Virus record (IMG/VR): IMGVR_UViG_3300027785_000056
Location: 1 to 38,241 of that record
DNA from: a virus
Lineage: Duplodnaviria > Caudoviricetes
Direction: 5' to 3' (one strand)
Length of the DNA: 38,241 bases
In this document: piece after piece, positions 27,677 through 36,218 of the stretch
Layout of the letters: every line of letters begins with the position of its first letter
How positions within the stretch are numbered: position 1 is the first letter of the stretch
Program-made: the position numbers and the translations under genes
The notes under the pieces: generated by a model
Database searches by the model: none
What the model saw: the letters and a program-made list of their open reading frames with translations, nothing else
Told to the model about the DNA's origin: nothing

Positions 27677-27754
27677 CTACAACTGCTTCACCCACCCATT
27701 GAAGGCGAAGATGGCGAAGGTCCAGGTTACGATATTGATTATAATGGTTGTCAT
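27677..27754 (-). CDS. 25-aa hydrophobic peptide, not in ORF track
   Basis: MTTIIINIVTWTFAIFAFNGWVKQL; own promoter TTGCAT-17-TATAAT at 27791-27819. Confidence 0.55.
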   Translation of the reverse strand: MTTIIINIVTWTFAIFAFNGWVKQL

Positions 27755-27922
27755 TTATTGTGAATGTTTTTCTGTTGTGTTGTTAATTATATTATAGCAT
27801 GCTCCGTGGCAGGATGCAACCTGTCCTTGGTTCTTTATTTAGTCCTCGTCCCGCCGCCCTTGGCTCCACCCGCTGTCAGTTGTGTTAGACAACGGGTGAA
27901 ACCGTTTGGCGAGAGAGTTTCG

Positions 27923-28105
27923 TTACAGTCCGCAGGCTGTGAGGAAGCGTGTGCGGTCGAAGGCTGGGTTGTCCTTCTTCAGCGTCACTGCAAGCGCGGT
28001 GACCACTGCGGTCATGCCCTCAACCTGTGAAGGGTTTGTGATGCGGTGGCAGTCAATCTCTGTCTTGATGTTCTCTGCCATTGCTACATAATCTTTGCGT
28101 GTCAT
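27923..28105 (-). CDS. Small phage protein (MTRKDY...FDR.RFL.AC type)
   Basis: Recognisable motif; promoter TTGACA-18-TACAAT at 28167-28196. Confidence 0.8.
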   Translation of the reverse strand: MTRKDYVAMAENIKTEIDCHRITNPSQVEGMTAVVTALAVTLKKDNPAFDRTRFLTACGL

Positions 28106-28466
28106 TTGATTGTTTCTTTCTCTGTTTGACCAAGGATGAATTTCCTAGGTCATTTCCTATAATTATATTGTATCACGCTCTGCCATGCTCTGTCAAGCCG
28201 AAAGGCGTGATTTGTGATTCTTTCTCTCGGGCATAGGTTTCGTTAAGCAACTCACTAAGTAGATTGGTTTGCCATTATCCCGCGCGACCCTCAGCCGAGA
28301 AATCCCTCTGCCCTTGGTCGGATAATCTTCCTCGGCCTCCAGATAGTTACGATGCCCTAGTTGGCAAGTCCGTGGCCCGAATCTCTCGGTGCCTCTCGGT
28401 GCGTATTACGGTATGCCCGCGAGCAGTGAGGGAGAGCCACCCCGCGGTGACCCTCCCTCGTTCGCC

Positions 28467-28802
28467 CTAGTCCTCGTAGTCGTAGCCCTCGTCTACCGCG
28501 TTCAAGTCCCAGTCCACTGACTTGACTCGTACGATTGCCCTCAGTTGTCCTACGACTGGTGCTGTCTCGCCCGCCTCCCATGAAAGGTTGTGGGAGAAAG
28601 TGAACGATAGTTCGCCCTCTGCTCCGTCTTCCATAGGAACACATGTGAGCCATCCCGTGCTCGGTGCGGTGAACTCTGTCGCGCCCGCTGCCTTGAGGAT
28701 TGCAACGATGTCGCCGTAAGCCGTGGCTCCGAGACGGTTGTCGTACCACTCCGCGGTGATGCTTGCCCTCAGTTTGTTTGTCGTTGTTGTTGTCATGACC
28801 AT
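28467..28802 (-). CDS. Hypothetical early protein
   Basis: Start MVMTTT after an AG-rich leader; TGCTATACT -10 at 28826-28834. Confidence 0.75.
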   Translation of the reverse strand: MVMTTTTTNKLRASITAEWYDNRLGATAYGDIVAILKAAGATEFTAPSTGWLTCVPMEDGAEGELSFTFSHNLSWEAGETAPVVGQLRAIVRVKSVDWDLNAVDEGYDYED

Positions 28803-28934
28803 ATTCTTTCTCTTGGTATATATACAGTATAGCACGGACTCGCATAGACCGTGCAACTTTTGGAACATTTCTTTATGAAACTTCCTCGTCCCCTTGGGGG
28901 GAGAGCCGACCCTGTGTCGACCCTCCCTTTCCCG

Positions 28935-29117
28935 TTAGAGTCCGTGGCGTGAGTACGCTTCTTCTTGGAGCCACTCCGCGATTTCCAGGAGTTCCTGTAG
29001 CGTTGCTTTGTTCAACTCGCGGGCGTTGTAGTAGTCCGCCATTTCTTGGATACCTAGGTCATCTTCCCATGACTGTGGTTTGTCGGGTGTTCCGTATGCG
29101 ATTTCCCAATCATTCAT
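28935..29117 (-). CDS. Small acidic protein, paralog of 31359-31454
   Basis: 60 aa; ends ATLQELLEIAEWLQEEAYSRH. Confidence 0.75.
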   Translation of the reverse strand: MNDWEIAYGTPDKPQSWEDDLGIQEMADYYNARELNKATLQELLEIAEWLQEEAYSRHGL

Positions 29118-29477
29118 TTTTTGTGCCTCTTTCGTTTGGCTAAGGGCTTCTCCCTTATGTATTTAAGTGTACACGCTATTGCACACTCTCCAACACGAAA
29201 AGGCAAGAAAGATAGTTGTAGTGTGCAAATAATTTCCCGCGCTTCTAAGCACCCGCGTCAGGACTAATAAGCCCGCAGTTGGCAATTCCCTTGGGCAAAC
29301 TTCCTGGGTCGCCCTGGTGCGTCTCAGCCCACCCCGCGATTGTTTAGGAGGCGCTTGCGGGGTGGGAGAGAGTTCTTTTATCTCTTGGTTCTTTTCTTCC
29401 CGCGGTGCGTGTCGGTGAGAACCGACATACAGAACGCAGGGAGAGCGATGACTCCCGCTAGGAGGTACATGAACCAC

Positions 29478-29696
29478 TCAAGAAGATACATTTGTGAGTT
29501 CCTCGCGGTCCGCGCGGTAAAGTTCGTGCATAACCGCTTCGACTGCCCGCAGTTGTTCAGGCGTGTCGAATGTCATTCGGAACTGCAATGAGTCCGTGGT
29601 TCCGCCCGTGGGGCTTTCCGTGAAGACTTCGATAGTGGTGTTGGTTATTCCCGCGTATCCGATGATTTTGTTTCCGTTTAGTGTTGCCATTTTCAT
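29478..29696 (-). CDS. Hypothetical early protein
   Basis: MKMATLNG...; AAAGGA SD; TACAAT at 29735. Confidence 0.7.
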   Translation of the reverse strand: MKMATLNGNKIIGYAGITNTTIEVFTESPTGGTTDSLQFRMTFDTPEQLRAVEAVMHELYRADREELTNVSS

Positions 29697-29813
29697 TTTT
29701 CCTTTTTCTCTATCAGGTATTTCCTGATACTTTAATTGTATCACACTCTTGCACAAAGCGGGCAAGATTTCGAGTCAGTTACTAAGTTTTTTTTAGCAAC
29801 TGACTCTCGGTCT

Positions 29814-29981
29814 TTAGGCTGCGACTTGGATGATTTCGAATCCCGTGATTGCGTGGTCACGGTCGTAGCCGACTTGGTTCTTGCGGTGTGTGTGAACCGC
29901 GGTCAATGCTTCCCCGTATGTTGGGAAAGTTCCCAAGAATCTCGCGGTGTTGCCTTGCATGTCGATTGCTTCGTATTTCAT
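29814..29981 (-). CDS. 55-aa protein, not in ORF track
   Basis: MKYEAIDMQGNTARFLGTFPTYGEALTAV...IQVAA; promoter TTGCAA-17-TATAAT at 30019-30047. Confidence 0.7.
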   Translation of the reverse strand: MKYEAIDMQGNTARFLGTFPTYGEALTAVHTHRKNQVGYDRDHAITGFEIIQVAA

Positions 29982-30065
29982 ATTTTTCCTTTTTCTCTCA
30001 GGTTTTCCTGATAGTTATATTATAGCATGACCTCTCGGTCGTTGCAAGTTATTAGAGAGTTTTGT

Positions 30066-30299
30066 TTAGAAACCCTCGCCGTTGTTATTCAGCCCGCAAG
30101 ACCCGCAACCGTCCCAGCAGATGCACTCCTCGGCAGGTGTGTCCTCGTCCCACAAGTCGCCTTCGGTTGCCCACTCCTCGGCATCAGCGCCCGCGAACCG
30201 CTTGCCCTGGATTGTCTGCGCACGGAGACGGCGACCGTCTGCGAACTCTCGGCGCTCATCTGCGCCCCAGCGATTTACTTGTTTTGTGTTCTTTCTCAT
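30066..30299 (-). CDS. Hypothetical protein, probably leaderless
   Basis: MRKNTKQ...ECICWDGCGSC; TATACT 6 nt before the ATG. Confidence 0.7.
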   Translation of the reverse strand: MRKNTKQVNRWGADERREFADGRRLRAQTIQGKRFAGADAEEWATEGDLWDEDTPAEECICWDGCGSCGLNNNGEGF

Positions 30300-30499
30300 A
30301 ATAACAGTATAGCACACACTTCCACGCATGAGACACCAAACAGCAACATTCGTAAGTTTTTTTTAGCAACTGACATCCCGCGTGACGCTTGGGGATTTGC
30401 TTTGCCCTAGTCTTTTAGTCCCGTGAGCCACGCCCTGGAGCCGTCCTGGTGCGCCTTAGAGCCCGCGGAAGTGTCTCATTCCGCGGGCTGGCGTTGTCC

Positions 30500-30706
30500 T
30501 TATGCTGCCACTTCTTCCCAGTTCCATTTTGCTGCTTCGGCTGGTGTGCACCAAAACTGCATGACGGATTTCGTTACGCCACCCTCTATGCCCATTTCGT
30601 AGCCTCTGACATAGACAGGTGAAAAGTCGCGCACTTCTATCACCATTACCGCCTGCGGGTCTTCCTTGTTCCAGTTGGTGACTGAATATCTAATATTTTT
30701 TTTCAT
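30500..30706 (-). CDS. Hypothetical early protein
   Basis: MKKNIRYS...; GAGAAAGAGA leader; TACACT -10 at 30833. Confidence 0.7.
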   Translation of the reverse strand: MKKNIRYSVTNWNKEDPQAVMVIEVRDFSPVYVRGYEMGIEGGVTKSVMQFWCTPAEAAKWNWEEVAA

Positions 30707-30896
30707 ATTTTCTCTTTCTCTTTGTTTTGGAATGTCTGCGCCCCGCCCTCTATGTAGCCTCCATCTTTCAACTTCAACAACTACTAGGTGACTAGGCAGT
30801 GGGCGCACTTTAGGTTCTTTGTCCTATAATCAAGTGTACACGCTCTGCAACAATATAGGACACAATTCCTCAAACTATTTTTAATTTCTTTTTGAG

Positions 30897-30925
30897 TTGC
30901 ATCCGACCCTAGTCCGTGCTATAAT
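30897..30925 (+). promoter_or_regulatory. The only rightward sigma70-type promoter seen in the early region
   Basis: TTGCAT-17-TATAAT with extended TG. Confidence 0.75.
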
Positions 30926-30931
30926 GTAATC

Positions 30932-31020
30932 AAGGGTGGGGACTGCCTTCGGTTCCTCATCCCTAGGGGGTCGGTGGCTCCTTCGGTCACTCCCGCCGCC
31001 CTCTTGCCTCTTTCTGTTTT
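30932..31020 (+). ncRNA. Candidate small structured RNA
   Basis: Follows the rightward promoter; two GC-rich hairpins with CCUUC-type loops; ends in a U-rich tail; no credible ORF. Confidence 0.55.
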
Positions 31021-31046
31021 ACGCGGCTCCCGCTCTTGCTGTTATC

Positions 31047-31226
31047 TCAGCAGAGTTCACACTCGAACTCTGCTGATTTTCCTGCCTCTTCGAAGTGGTA
31101 ACGCTCGCTCGTGGTTCCTTCTGCGATGTGTGCATCACACAGGCATGAATAGTTGCTTGGCTCCCCAGGCTCGTCGGACATTTTATAGATTGCAATGATT
31201 GTGTTCATTATTTGTTCCTTTCTCAT
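31047..31226 (-). CDS. Small Zn-finger-like protein
   Basis: CLCDAH...CELC; TATACT 6 nt before the ATG. Confidence 0.7.
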   Translation of the reverse strand: MRKEQIMNTIIAIYKMSDEPGEPSNYSCLCDAHIAEGTTSERYHFEEAGKSAEFECELC

Positions 31227-31358
31227 AATAATAGTATAGCATGCCCTTGCACGAAGCGGGCAACATTTCTTCCACATTCGTAAGTTTTTTTTAGCAACTT
31301 ACCTGCGGTGGGTTGGGGTGTCTTTGCCTGTCAGCCAGTTTCACCCCAGTTCCGCGTC

Positions 31359-31454
31359 CTAGTCCTCGTGCCGTTCGTGGGCTTCATCGGCCAGCCATTC
31401 GGCTAGTTGTGCGAGTTCTTCCTCGGTGGCGTTTTCCAATGTCTCTGGGTTCAT
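31359..31454 (-). CDS. 31-aa acidic peptide, not in ORF track
   Basis: MNPETLENATEEELAQLAEWLADEAHERHED; AAAGGA SD; promoter TTGCAA-17-TATAAT at 31485-31513. Confidence 0.7.
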   Translation of the reverse strand: MNPETLENATEEELAQLAEWLADEAHERHED

Positions 31455-31516
31455 GTTGTTTTCCTTTCTCAACCTGATAAGTATATTATAGCATGCCCTT
31501 GCGGGCTTTGCAACTC

Positions 31517-31705
31517 TTATTGAAGATTTGTTTTTGCGGAGATTTCCGCGACCAGTGAGGCGAGAACAGCCCAGCCGAAAAGCATCCCTACGGAAGCAAT
31601 TGGGTTGATGTCCCGCGATGCCATGAGCGCAATGACTCCTACGAGTACTCCCACGGTGGCAAGACTCCCTGCCACAATTCCCGCGATGATTAGAATATTT
31701 TTCAT
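31517..31705 (-). CDS. Small two-TM membrane protein
   Basis: 62 aa with two hydrophobic helices. Confidence 0.7.
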   Translation of the reverse strand: MKNILIIAGIVAGSLATVGVLVGVIALMASRDINPIASVGMLFGWAVLASLVAEISAKTNLQ

Positions 31706-31721
31706 TTTTTTCTTTCTTTCC

Positions 31722-31895
31722 TTAGCGCCGATTTGGCGCTAGTTGTTCCGCCAGCATTTGCTGAAAGAGTGTTTGACCGCTTGCGAAGTTTCCGCATTGG
31801 CACTCGGTCAAGACGCTCGGCATATTGTCGGGGACTTCGGTTGCCCAGTTGCGGAGGCAGTCATCGCAATGGAAGTGGAGGAGTGTTGTTGTCAT
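31722..31895 (-). CDS. Small Zn-ribbon protein
   Basis: FHCDDC...ECQCG; AAAGGA SD. Confidence 0.7.
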   Translation of the reverse strand: MTTTLLHFHCDDCLRNWATEVPDNMPSVLTECQCGNFASGQTLFQQMLAEQLAPNRR

Positions 31896-32140
31896 GTTGT
31901 TTCCTTTCTCAACTTGATAATAACAGTGTATCACATACTCGCACAGACCGTGCAACTTTTCAGACATTTCCCAACAATTTTTTGGGAGCGCCCTGAGCCG
32001 TTTAGTGGGGTTTGGCATCACGATGCCCTAGTTGGCAAGTTCCGCCCGCGTCGCTTAAAACGCCGTGTGGAGCCTCTCAGCCCGTTCCGCAGTGTCTCGT
32101 CCGCGGAACGGGCTTTGAGTGGTCTTACCTCTCCTTTGGC

Positions 32141-32455
32141 TTATCCGTAGACAAGTTCTCCAAAGAAGCCATACTGCCAAATGTTGTCATGGTCAAGGTG
32201 GTCTGTTTCGCATTCTGCGAGGTTTGACCAGTCGCCACCATTTTGGAGCCACAATTTAATTCCTCTAACAAGCGTTTCCGTGTTGAAGGTGAGTTTATCT
32301 TTTTCGTGCATGACTGTGATATCTCCGTTTTCGTCTGAGCCGACGGCATCAACTTCTACCCAGTAGCGGGTGCCGTTTTCTTCTTTGACATATTCGATGA
32401 TTTCGTCAGTGAGCATTACCGTGTAGGTAATTTCAATTGCTGTTGCTGTTTTCAT
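32141..32455 (-). CDS. Phage hypothetical protein
   Basis: C-terminal D.IWQYGFFGELVYG motif recalled from phage early proteins. Confidence 0.8.
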   Translation of the reverse strand: MKTATAIEITYTVMLTDEIIEYVKEENGTRYWVEVDAVGSDENGDITVMHEKDKLTFNTETLVRGIKLWLQNGGDWSNLAECETDHLDHDNIWQYGFFGELVYG

Positions 32456-32683
32456 TTTTTTCTTTCTACTTGGGCTTTCCCTTGTGTAATTAAGTGTACA
32501 GGATGAATATGCAATAATGACAGATTTAAGGGAGATATTTTAGATTTCTTTTTAGGGTGCGCGCTTTGCCCTAGTTGGCAAGTCTTTTGCGCATCGCTTA
32601 GAACGCGCCCTGGAGCGTCTCGCGGTTATTGGGCGAGCGGAGGAGCCGTGCAGGTGTCCACTCCCACACGGCTCCCGCCCTCG

Positions 32684-32857
32684 TTATTCTGCGATTATTT
32701 CGTTTTCGCAATTCGGGCATTGCGCGGTCTTGAACCATCCCTGAACGAAGCGAGTCTCTTGGTACTCCAGCGTCCCAGCGAATCCGCAGGTCCAGCCCAT
32801 AGTTTCGTCTTGCATCTCGCAAACGAATTCTTCTGTTTGGATATCTGTGTTTTGCAT
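32684..32857 (-). CDS. 57-aa acidic Zn-ribbon protein, not in ORF track
   Basis: MQNTDIQTEEFVCEMQDETMGWTCGF...AQCPNCENEIIAE; promoter TTGCAA-17-TATACT at 32887-32915. Confidence 0.72.
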   Translation of the reverse strand: MQNTDIQTEEFVCEMQDETMGWTCGFAGTLEYQETRFVQGWFKTAQCPNCENEIIAE

Positions 32858-33007
32858 TTTGTCCCTTTCTCGAACTCAATAATAATAGTATAGCACACCC
32901 TCTCACGCTTTGCAACTATTTGAGAAGGTTTTTTTTAGCAACTGTCCCTTGCGGCTCCCGCCCTCGCGGTTCGGGGGTGGTTGTGGGGCTTTCGCCCCAC
33001 TCGCTCC

Positions 33008-33232
33008 CTAGGCGTTTGCTCCCTCGTAATCGCGGGCGACTGTGCGGAAAGCGTTTGCGCGCTCGGTGGCAACACGGGCGCGGATTGCGTCAGCGTCAAT
33101 TACGATTTCAGCCTTTGAGCCGATTTCGTCAGGCAACCCACCCTGGCGGTCGAAGCGAAGAAACGCGCCTGTCGCGAGGTCGCTTACTTTGATTGTGGCG
33201 GTCTTGCCATATGGATATTTTGTGATATTCAT
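33008..33232 (-). CDS. Hypothetical early protein with RDYEGA C-terminus
   Basis: MNITKYP...; promoter TTGCAA-17-TAAGAT at 33262-33290. Confidence 0.75.
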   Translation of the reverse strand: MNITKYPYGKTATIKVSDLATGAFLRFDRQGGLPDEIGSKAEIVIDADAIRARVATERANAFRTVARDYEGANA

Positions 33233-33318
33233 CTTGTCCCTTTCTCGAACTTGATATATATATCTTACAACACTCTCCCACACTTTGCAACCTTATTTTC
33301 ATATTATTTTTAGAAAGT

Positions 33319-33577
33319 TACTTGTAGTGTGCAACTATATGTTTCACGGGAAACATTCCTAATCTTGCGGTCTAGCGGTCGGTTGTGTCAGAGTTATTAT
33401 GAAACTGACCCTCACCCTCAGTGGTTAGCGCCTACCCTCAGTGGTCGTCACTCTCGGTGGTCGCTCACTACTCTCGGTGACCGAACCCTTGTTCGTATCA
33501 TTGCATTATGCAACTGTCTGTCTCCTGGCCCTCAAAAATGGTAAGAAGTAATAAATAATCCCAGTAAAATGATTCCA
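33319..33577. promoter_or_regulatory. Operator island B: MarR-like, parS, 4 BldD-like, LexA, MarR-like, AT-rich element
   Basis: TACTTGTAGTGTGCAACTA 33319, TGTTTCACGGGAAACA 33340, boxes at 33411/33431/33447/33467, CGAACCCTTGTTCG 33482, TTGCATTATGCAA 33501, AAAAATGGTA... 33534-33577. Confidence 0.75.
33340..33355. promoter_or_regulatory. parS centromere-like site
   Basis: 15/16 match to the canonical TGTTTCACGTGAAACA. Confidence 0.75.
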
Positions 33578-33613
33578 TGATGCCCGTGGCCCCTGCTCTT
33601 GAGAATACGCAAT

Positions 33614-33645
33614 GCCCCGCAGGGAGAAAGAGATACCTGCGGGGC
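33614..33645. terminator. Hairpin with GAGAAAGAGATA loop (copy 1)
   Basis: GCCCCGCAGG/CCTGCGGGGC stem just after a stop codon. Confidence 0.7.
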
Positions 33646-33656
33646 TTTTCAGCGAA

Positions 33657-33884
33657 TTAAATTGTGAGTGAAAGTTTCTCGTGGTGTTTGTAAGCCCACT
33701 TGCGGGCGTACGACATTGAACTGAATCCCTTGGGGTGTTCGCTCTCTGTGGCGTTTTGACCGCCGTTGCGATAAATATCTGCTTGGATTGTCACATGCCA
33801 TTTAGCGTCACTGCCCTGGGATATTGTATAAACTCCGTTAATTGCGGGTGCTTCAAGTTCGACTGTTTTCATTGTTTCTTTCAT
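33657..33884 (-). CDS. Hypothetical protein, probably leaderless
   Basis: 75 aa; TATAAT 6 nt before the ATG. Confidence 0.7.
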   Translation of the reverse strand: MKETMKTVELEAPAINGVYTISQGSDAKWHVTIQADIYRNGGQNATESEHPKGFSSMSYARKWAYKHHEKLSLTI

Positions 33885-33908
33885 AGTTATATTATAGCAC
33901 GCTAATTG

Positions 33909-34100
33909 CTATTTTCCACCATGTTTTTGTTGCAATTCTTCCCATCGTGCCTTCGTCCCAATGAACCAGTGAGGCTTCGGTTCGTAAATCCCCTGCTCCT
34001 CAATTGCGTTATACAACTCATCGTCCGAGACTGTCGGCAGAAACTCCGTGCGCGACATAATTTCTTCGGCTTGTTCGTCTAGGTAATCTTCGTATTCCAT
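33909..34100 (-). CDS. Small acidic protein
   Basis: MEYEDYLDEQ...; promoter TTGCAA-17-TATACT at 34136-34164. Confidence 0.7.
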   Translation of the reverse strand: MEYEDYLDEQAEEIMSRTEFLPTVSDDELYNAIEEQGIYEPKPHWFIGTKARWEELQQKHGGK

Positions 34101-34170
34101 AATTTTCTTTCTCTTTGCTTGCGCCTTATATATACAGTATAGCATACCCTTGCACGCTTTGCAACTATAT

Positions 34171-34401
34171 TTAGCCCATTTCCTCAATTAGTTCATCGAG
34201 TGCGTCGTAGTCAAGCGCTTCGCTCAACCAGGCAACGCCGTCGGGCGTGGCTACTGATTGCATTGTTAGGAAACTCCTAGCAAAGTCGTGATAGCAAAGT
34301 TCTTTGCCATAAGCCATGACCATGTTGTAGAGACCCTCGTCATTTGACAGCCACAGATTTACATTCCATGTCTCGTAATTTTTCCAGCCGTTGTAAGTCA
34401 T
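34171..34401 (-). CDS. Phage protein of the YNGW.NYETW type
   Basis: MTYNGWKNYETWNVNLWLSNDEGLY; promoter TTGTAA-17-TATACT at 34440-34468. Confidence 0.82.
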   Translation of the reverse strand: MTYNGWKNYETWNVNLWLSNDEGLYNMVMAYGKELCYHDFARSFLTMQSVATPDGVAWLSEALDYDALDELIEEMG

Positions 34402-34470
34402 TTTTTCTCTTTCTCTTTTTGCTTTCGCTTTATATATACAGTATAGCACACTCTTGTATGCTTTACAACC

Positions 34471-34602
34471 TTATTCCGAATCTTCTTCTAGCCACTCTGC
34501 GTAATGATTTTTGCAGAAGATTTCATGTGTTGCTAGTTTTGGATTTTCTTCTTCGTAGCATCGCTCGCAATGTGCGTTTGTCCATTCGATTTTTGTGTTC
34601 AT
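34471..34602 (-). CDS. 43-aa Zn-finger-like peptide, not in ORF track
   Basis: MNTKIEWTNAHCERCYEEENPKLATHEIFCKNHYAEWLEEDSE; TACACT -10 near 34635. Confidence 0.65.
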   Translation of the reverse strand: MNTKIEWTNAHCERCYEEENPKLATHEIFCKNHYAEWLEEDSE

Positions 34603-34789
34603 TGTTTTTTCTCTCTGTTGTTCTTTCTATAATTAAGTGTACAAGCATATTGTAGAATACCAACATGAATTAGAACATTTCTTTACGAAACTTCCTCGGT
34701 GCTTGCCCCTGCTACTAGAAACTTGAGTGCCACGAGGCCTATCCCTGTTGCCAAAGAAAAAACCCCGTAGCCGATTAGTGCGTGTGCCA

Positions 34790-35077
34790 TTATGCCTCCG
34801 CTCCTTCCAGCAAAGACCAGCCGAGAGGCTCACAGCGGTACGACTTGCCGTCGATTGCGATTGTGTCGCCTACCGACAGTGCGGTATGGGTGCGACCCCA
34901 CGGGAGAACTTTTTCAAGCACATCCCAGATTGGGCCTGAGTAGAGATTGGTATCGTGAAACACCTGGTTGCAAATGTCAAGGTCGCTTCCCTCTGTTTCG
35001 ATTGCGATTGTTGTGAAGGTTGCTTTTCCGTAAGTTGCGTTACTGAACGCTTCCCAGATGATTGTTACATTTTTCAT
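34790..35077 (-). CDS. YodL-like domain protein
   Basis: HTALSVGDTIAIDGKSYRCEPLGW motif. Confidence 0.6.
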   Translation of the reverse strand: MKNVTIIWEAFSNATYGKATFTTIAIETEGSDLDICNQVFHDTNLYSGPIWDVLEKVLPWGRTHTALSVGDTIAIDGKSYRCEPLGWSLLEGAEA

Positions 35078-35190
35078 TTTTATTTCTTTCTGCTTGCGCT
35101 TATATGATTAAGTGTATCGACTATATTCTATAACACCAACCTGCGGAGCCAGGAAAGTTAATTTTATTCCTGGCTCCGTTGGCGGATTTC

Positions 35191-35427
35191 CTACTTCGCT
35201 GTTACCGCGTTGAGGTCGTGGATTAGGTACGACATGAACGCGCCGAGCACTGCTTGGGGATTGTCTCCGAAGGTTGCATCGGCTGGCATCTCGTCCCATG
35301 CTGTGAGAGCCGCTGAGAGCGTCACTGCGATGGTGTCGCCACTTGCGAGGTACGGCATTGCGCTCTCGCCTTGCTCGATGTACTTGTTCCAAATGAATTG
35401 AATTTTTTCTTGTGTTGTTAATTGCAT
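35191..35427 (-). CDS. Hypothetical early protein
   Basis: 78 aa; own TACACT promoter at 35473. Confidence 0.7.
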   Translation of the reverse strand: MQLTTQEKIQFIWNKYIEQGESAMPYLASGDTIAVTLSAALTAWDEMPADATFGDNPQAVLGAFMSYLIHDLNAVTAK

Positions 35428-35673
35428 GGCTACTCTTTTTCAGTGTTAAGGGCTTGTTCCCTTATGTAATCAAGTGTACAGGGTGAATATGCGAGAATGA
35501 CACATTTGGGCAAGGTATTTTAGATTTGTTTTTAGGGCAGTTACGATGCCCTAGTTGCATAGTCCTAGCGCGATGGCTCAGAACGGCTCTCGGTGCGGCT
35601 CAGGATTAGCCATCGTTCACTCGCTGATGGCTACCGCAGTTTTGGTTCTGCGGTAGCCCCTGCGTTAGGTCTT

Positions 35674-35886
35674 TTATTCGTAAGTGACTTCGTTAGTTGC
35701 TTTACAGTACGGGCACTCGCTGGCAAGTTTGTATTCTCCGCCTTTGGTGACAGTGAACTCCTCTGTCCATTCTGTGGAGCACTCTTCGTTGTCTCTCACA
35801 GTTTCGTCACAGAAGAATGATATTTCTACCTGTACTTCCTCGTCTTCATATTCGCTGATGGAATCCCCGTATTCGAAACTTCTCAT
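35674..35886 (-). CDS. Acidic Zn-ribbon protein
   Basis: FFCDE...EC...ECPYC; GAGGA SD. Confidence 0.72.
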   Translation of the reverse strand: MRSFEYGDSISEYEDEEVQVEISFFCDETVRDNEECSTEWTEEFTVTKGGEYKLASECPYCKATNEVTYE

Positions 35887-35947
35887 TTTTTCCTCTTTCT
35901 GCTTTCGCTTATATAATAAGTATAGCATGCTTTCGCATACTCTCCAC

Positions 35948-36130
35948 CTATATATACTGGATTTCTTTTATATCTTTTTGGTTGCGCCACTTGTTGCACA
36001 GGTCACACTGAACCTCAATCTCAAACTCCGTGTCGTTAATGTCGATTACTGTTTCGTGTTCGATGTCTTGGTAGCAACTCTCCCAGTCGCCACACTCGAA
36101 TGTGATTATTACTTTTTGCAGATTTTTCAT
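35948..36130 (-). CDS. Acidic Zn-ribbon protein
   Basis: FECGDWESC...QCDLC. Confidence 0.72.
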   Translation of the reverse strand: MKNLQKVIITFECGDWESCYQDIEHETVIDINDTEFEIEVQCDLCNKWRNQKDIKEIQYI

Positions 36131-36218
36131 TTTCTCTCTCTTTGCTCTCGCTTATATAATTAAGTGTATCGGGTGATTATGCGATAATGACACAATCACC
36201 CGATATTCTTTTATTTCT

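Noticed and set aside
27736-27756. Zur-like box TGATTATAATGGTTGTCATTT
   Set aside because: Overlaps the first codons of the 25-aa ORF and has several mismatches; probably chance in AT-rich sequence
28826-31960. 19-bp spacer (MerR-type) promoters at 28826, 29735, 31233 and 31925
   Set aside because: No dyad in the spacer; extended -10 elements could make the -35 unnecessary, so the hexamer choice is ambiguous
34491-34505. BldD-like box GCCACTCTGCGTAAT
   Set aside because: Inside the 43-aa CDS and isolated from the islands
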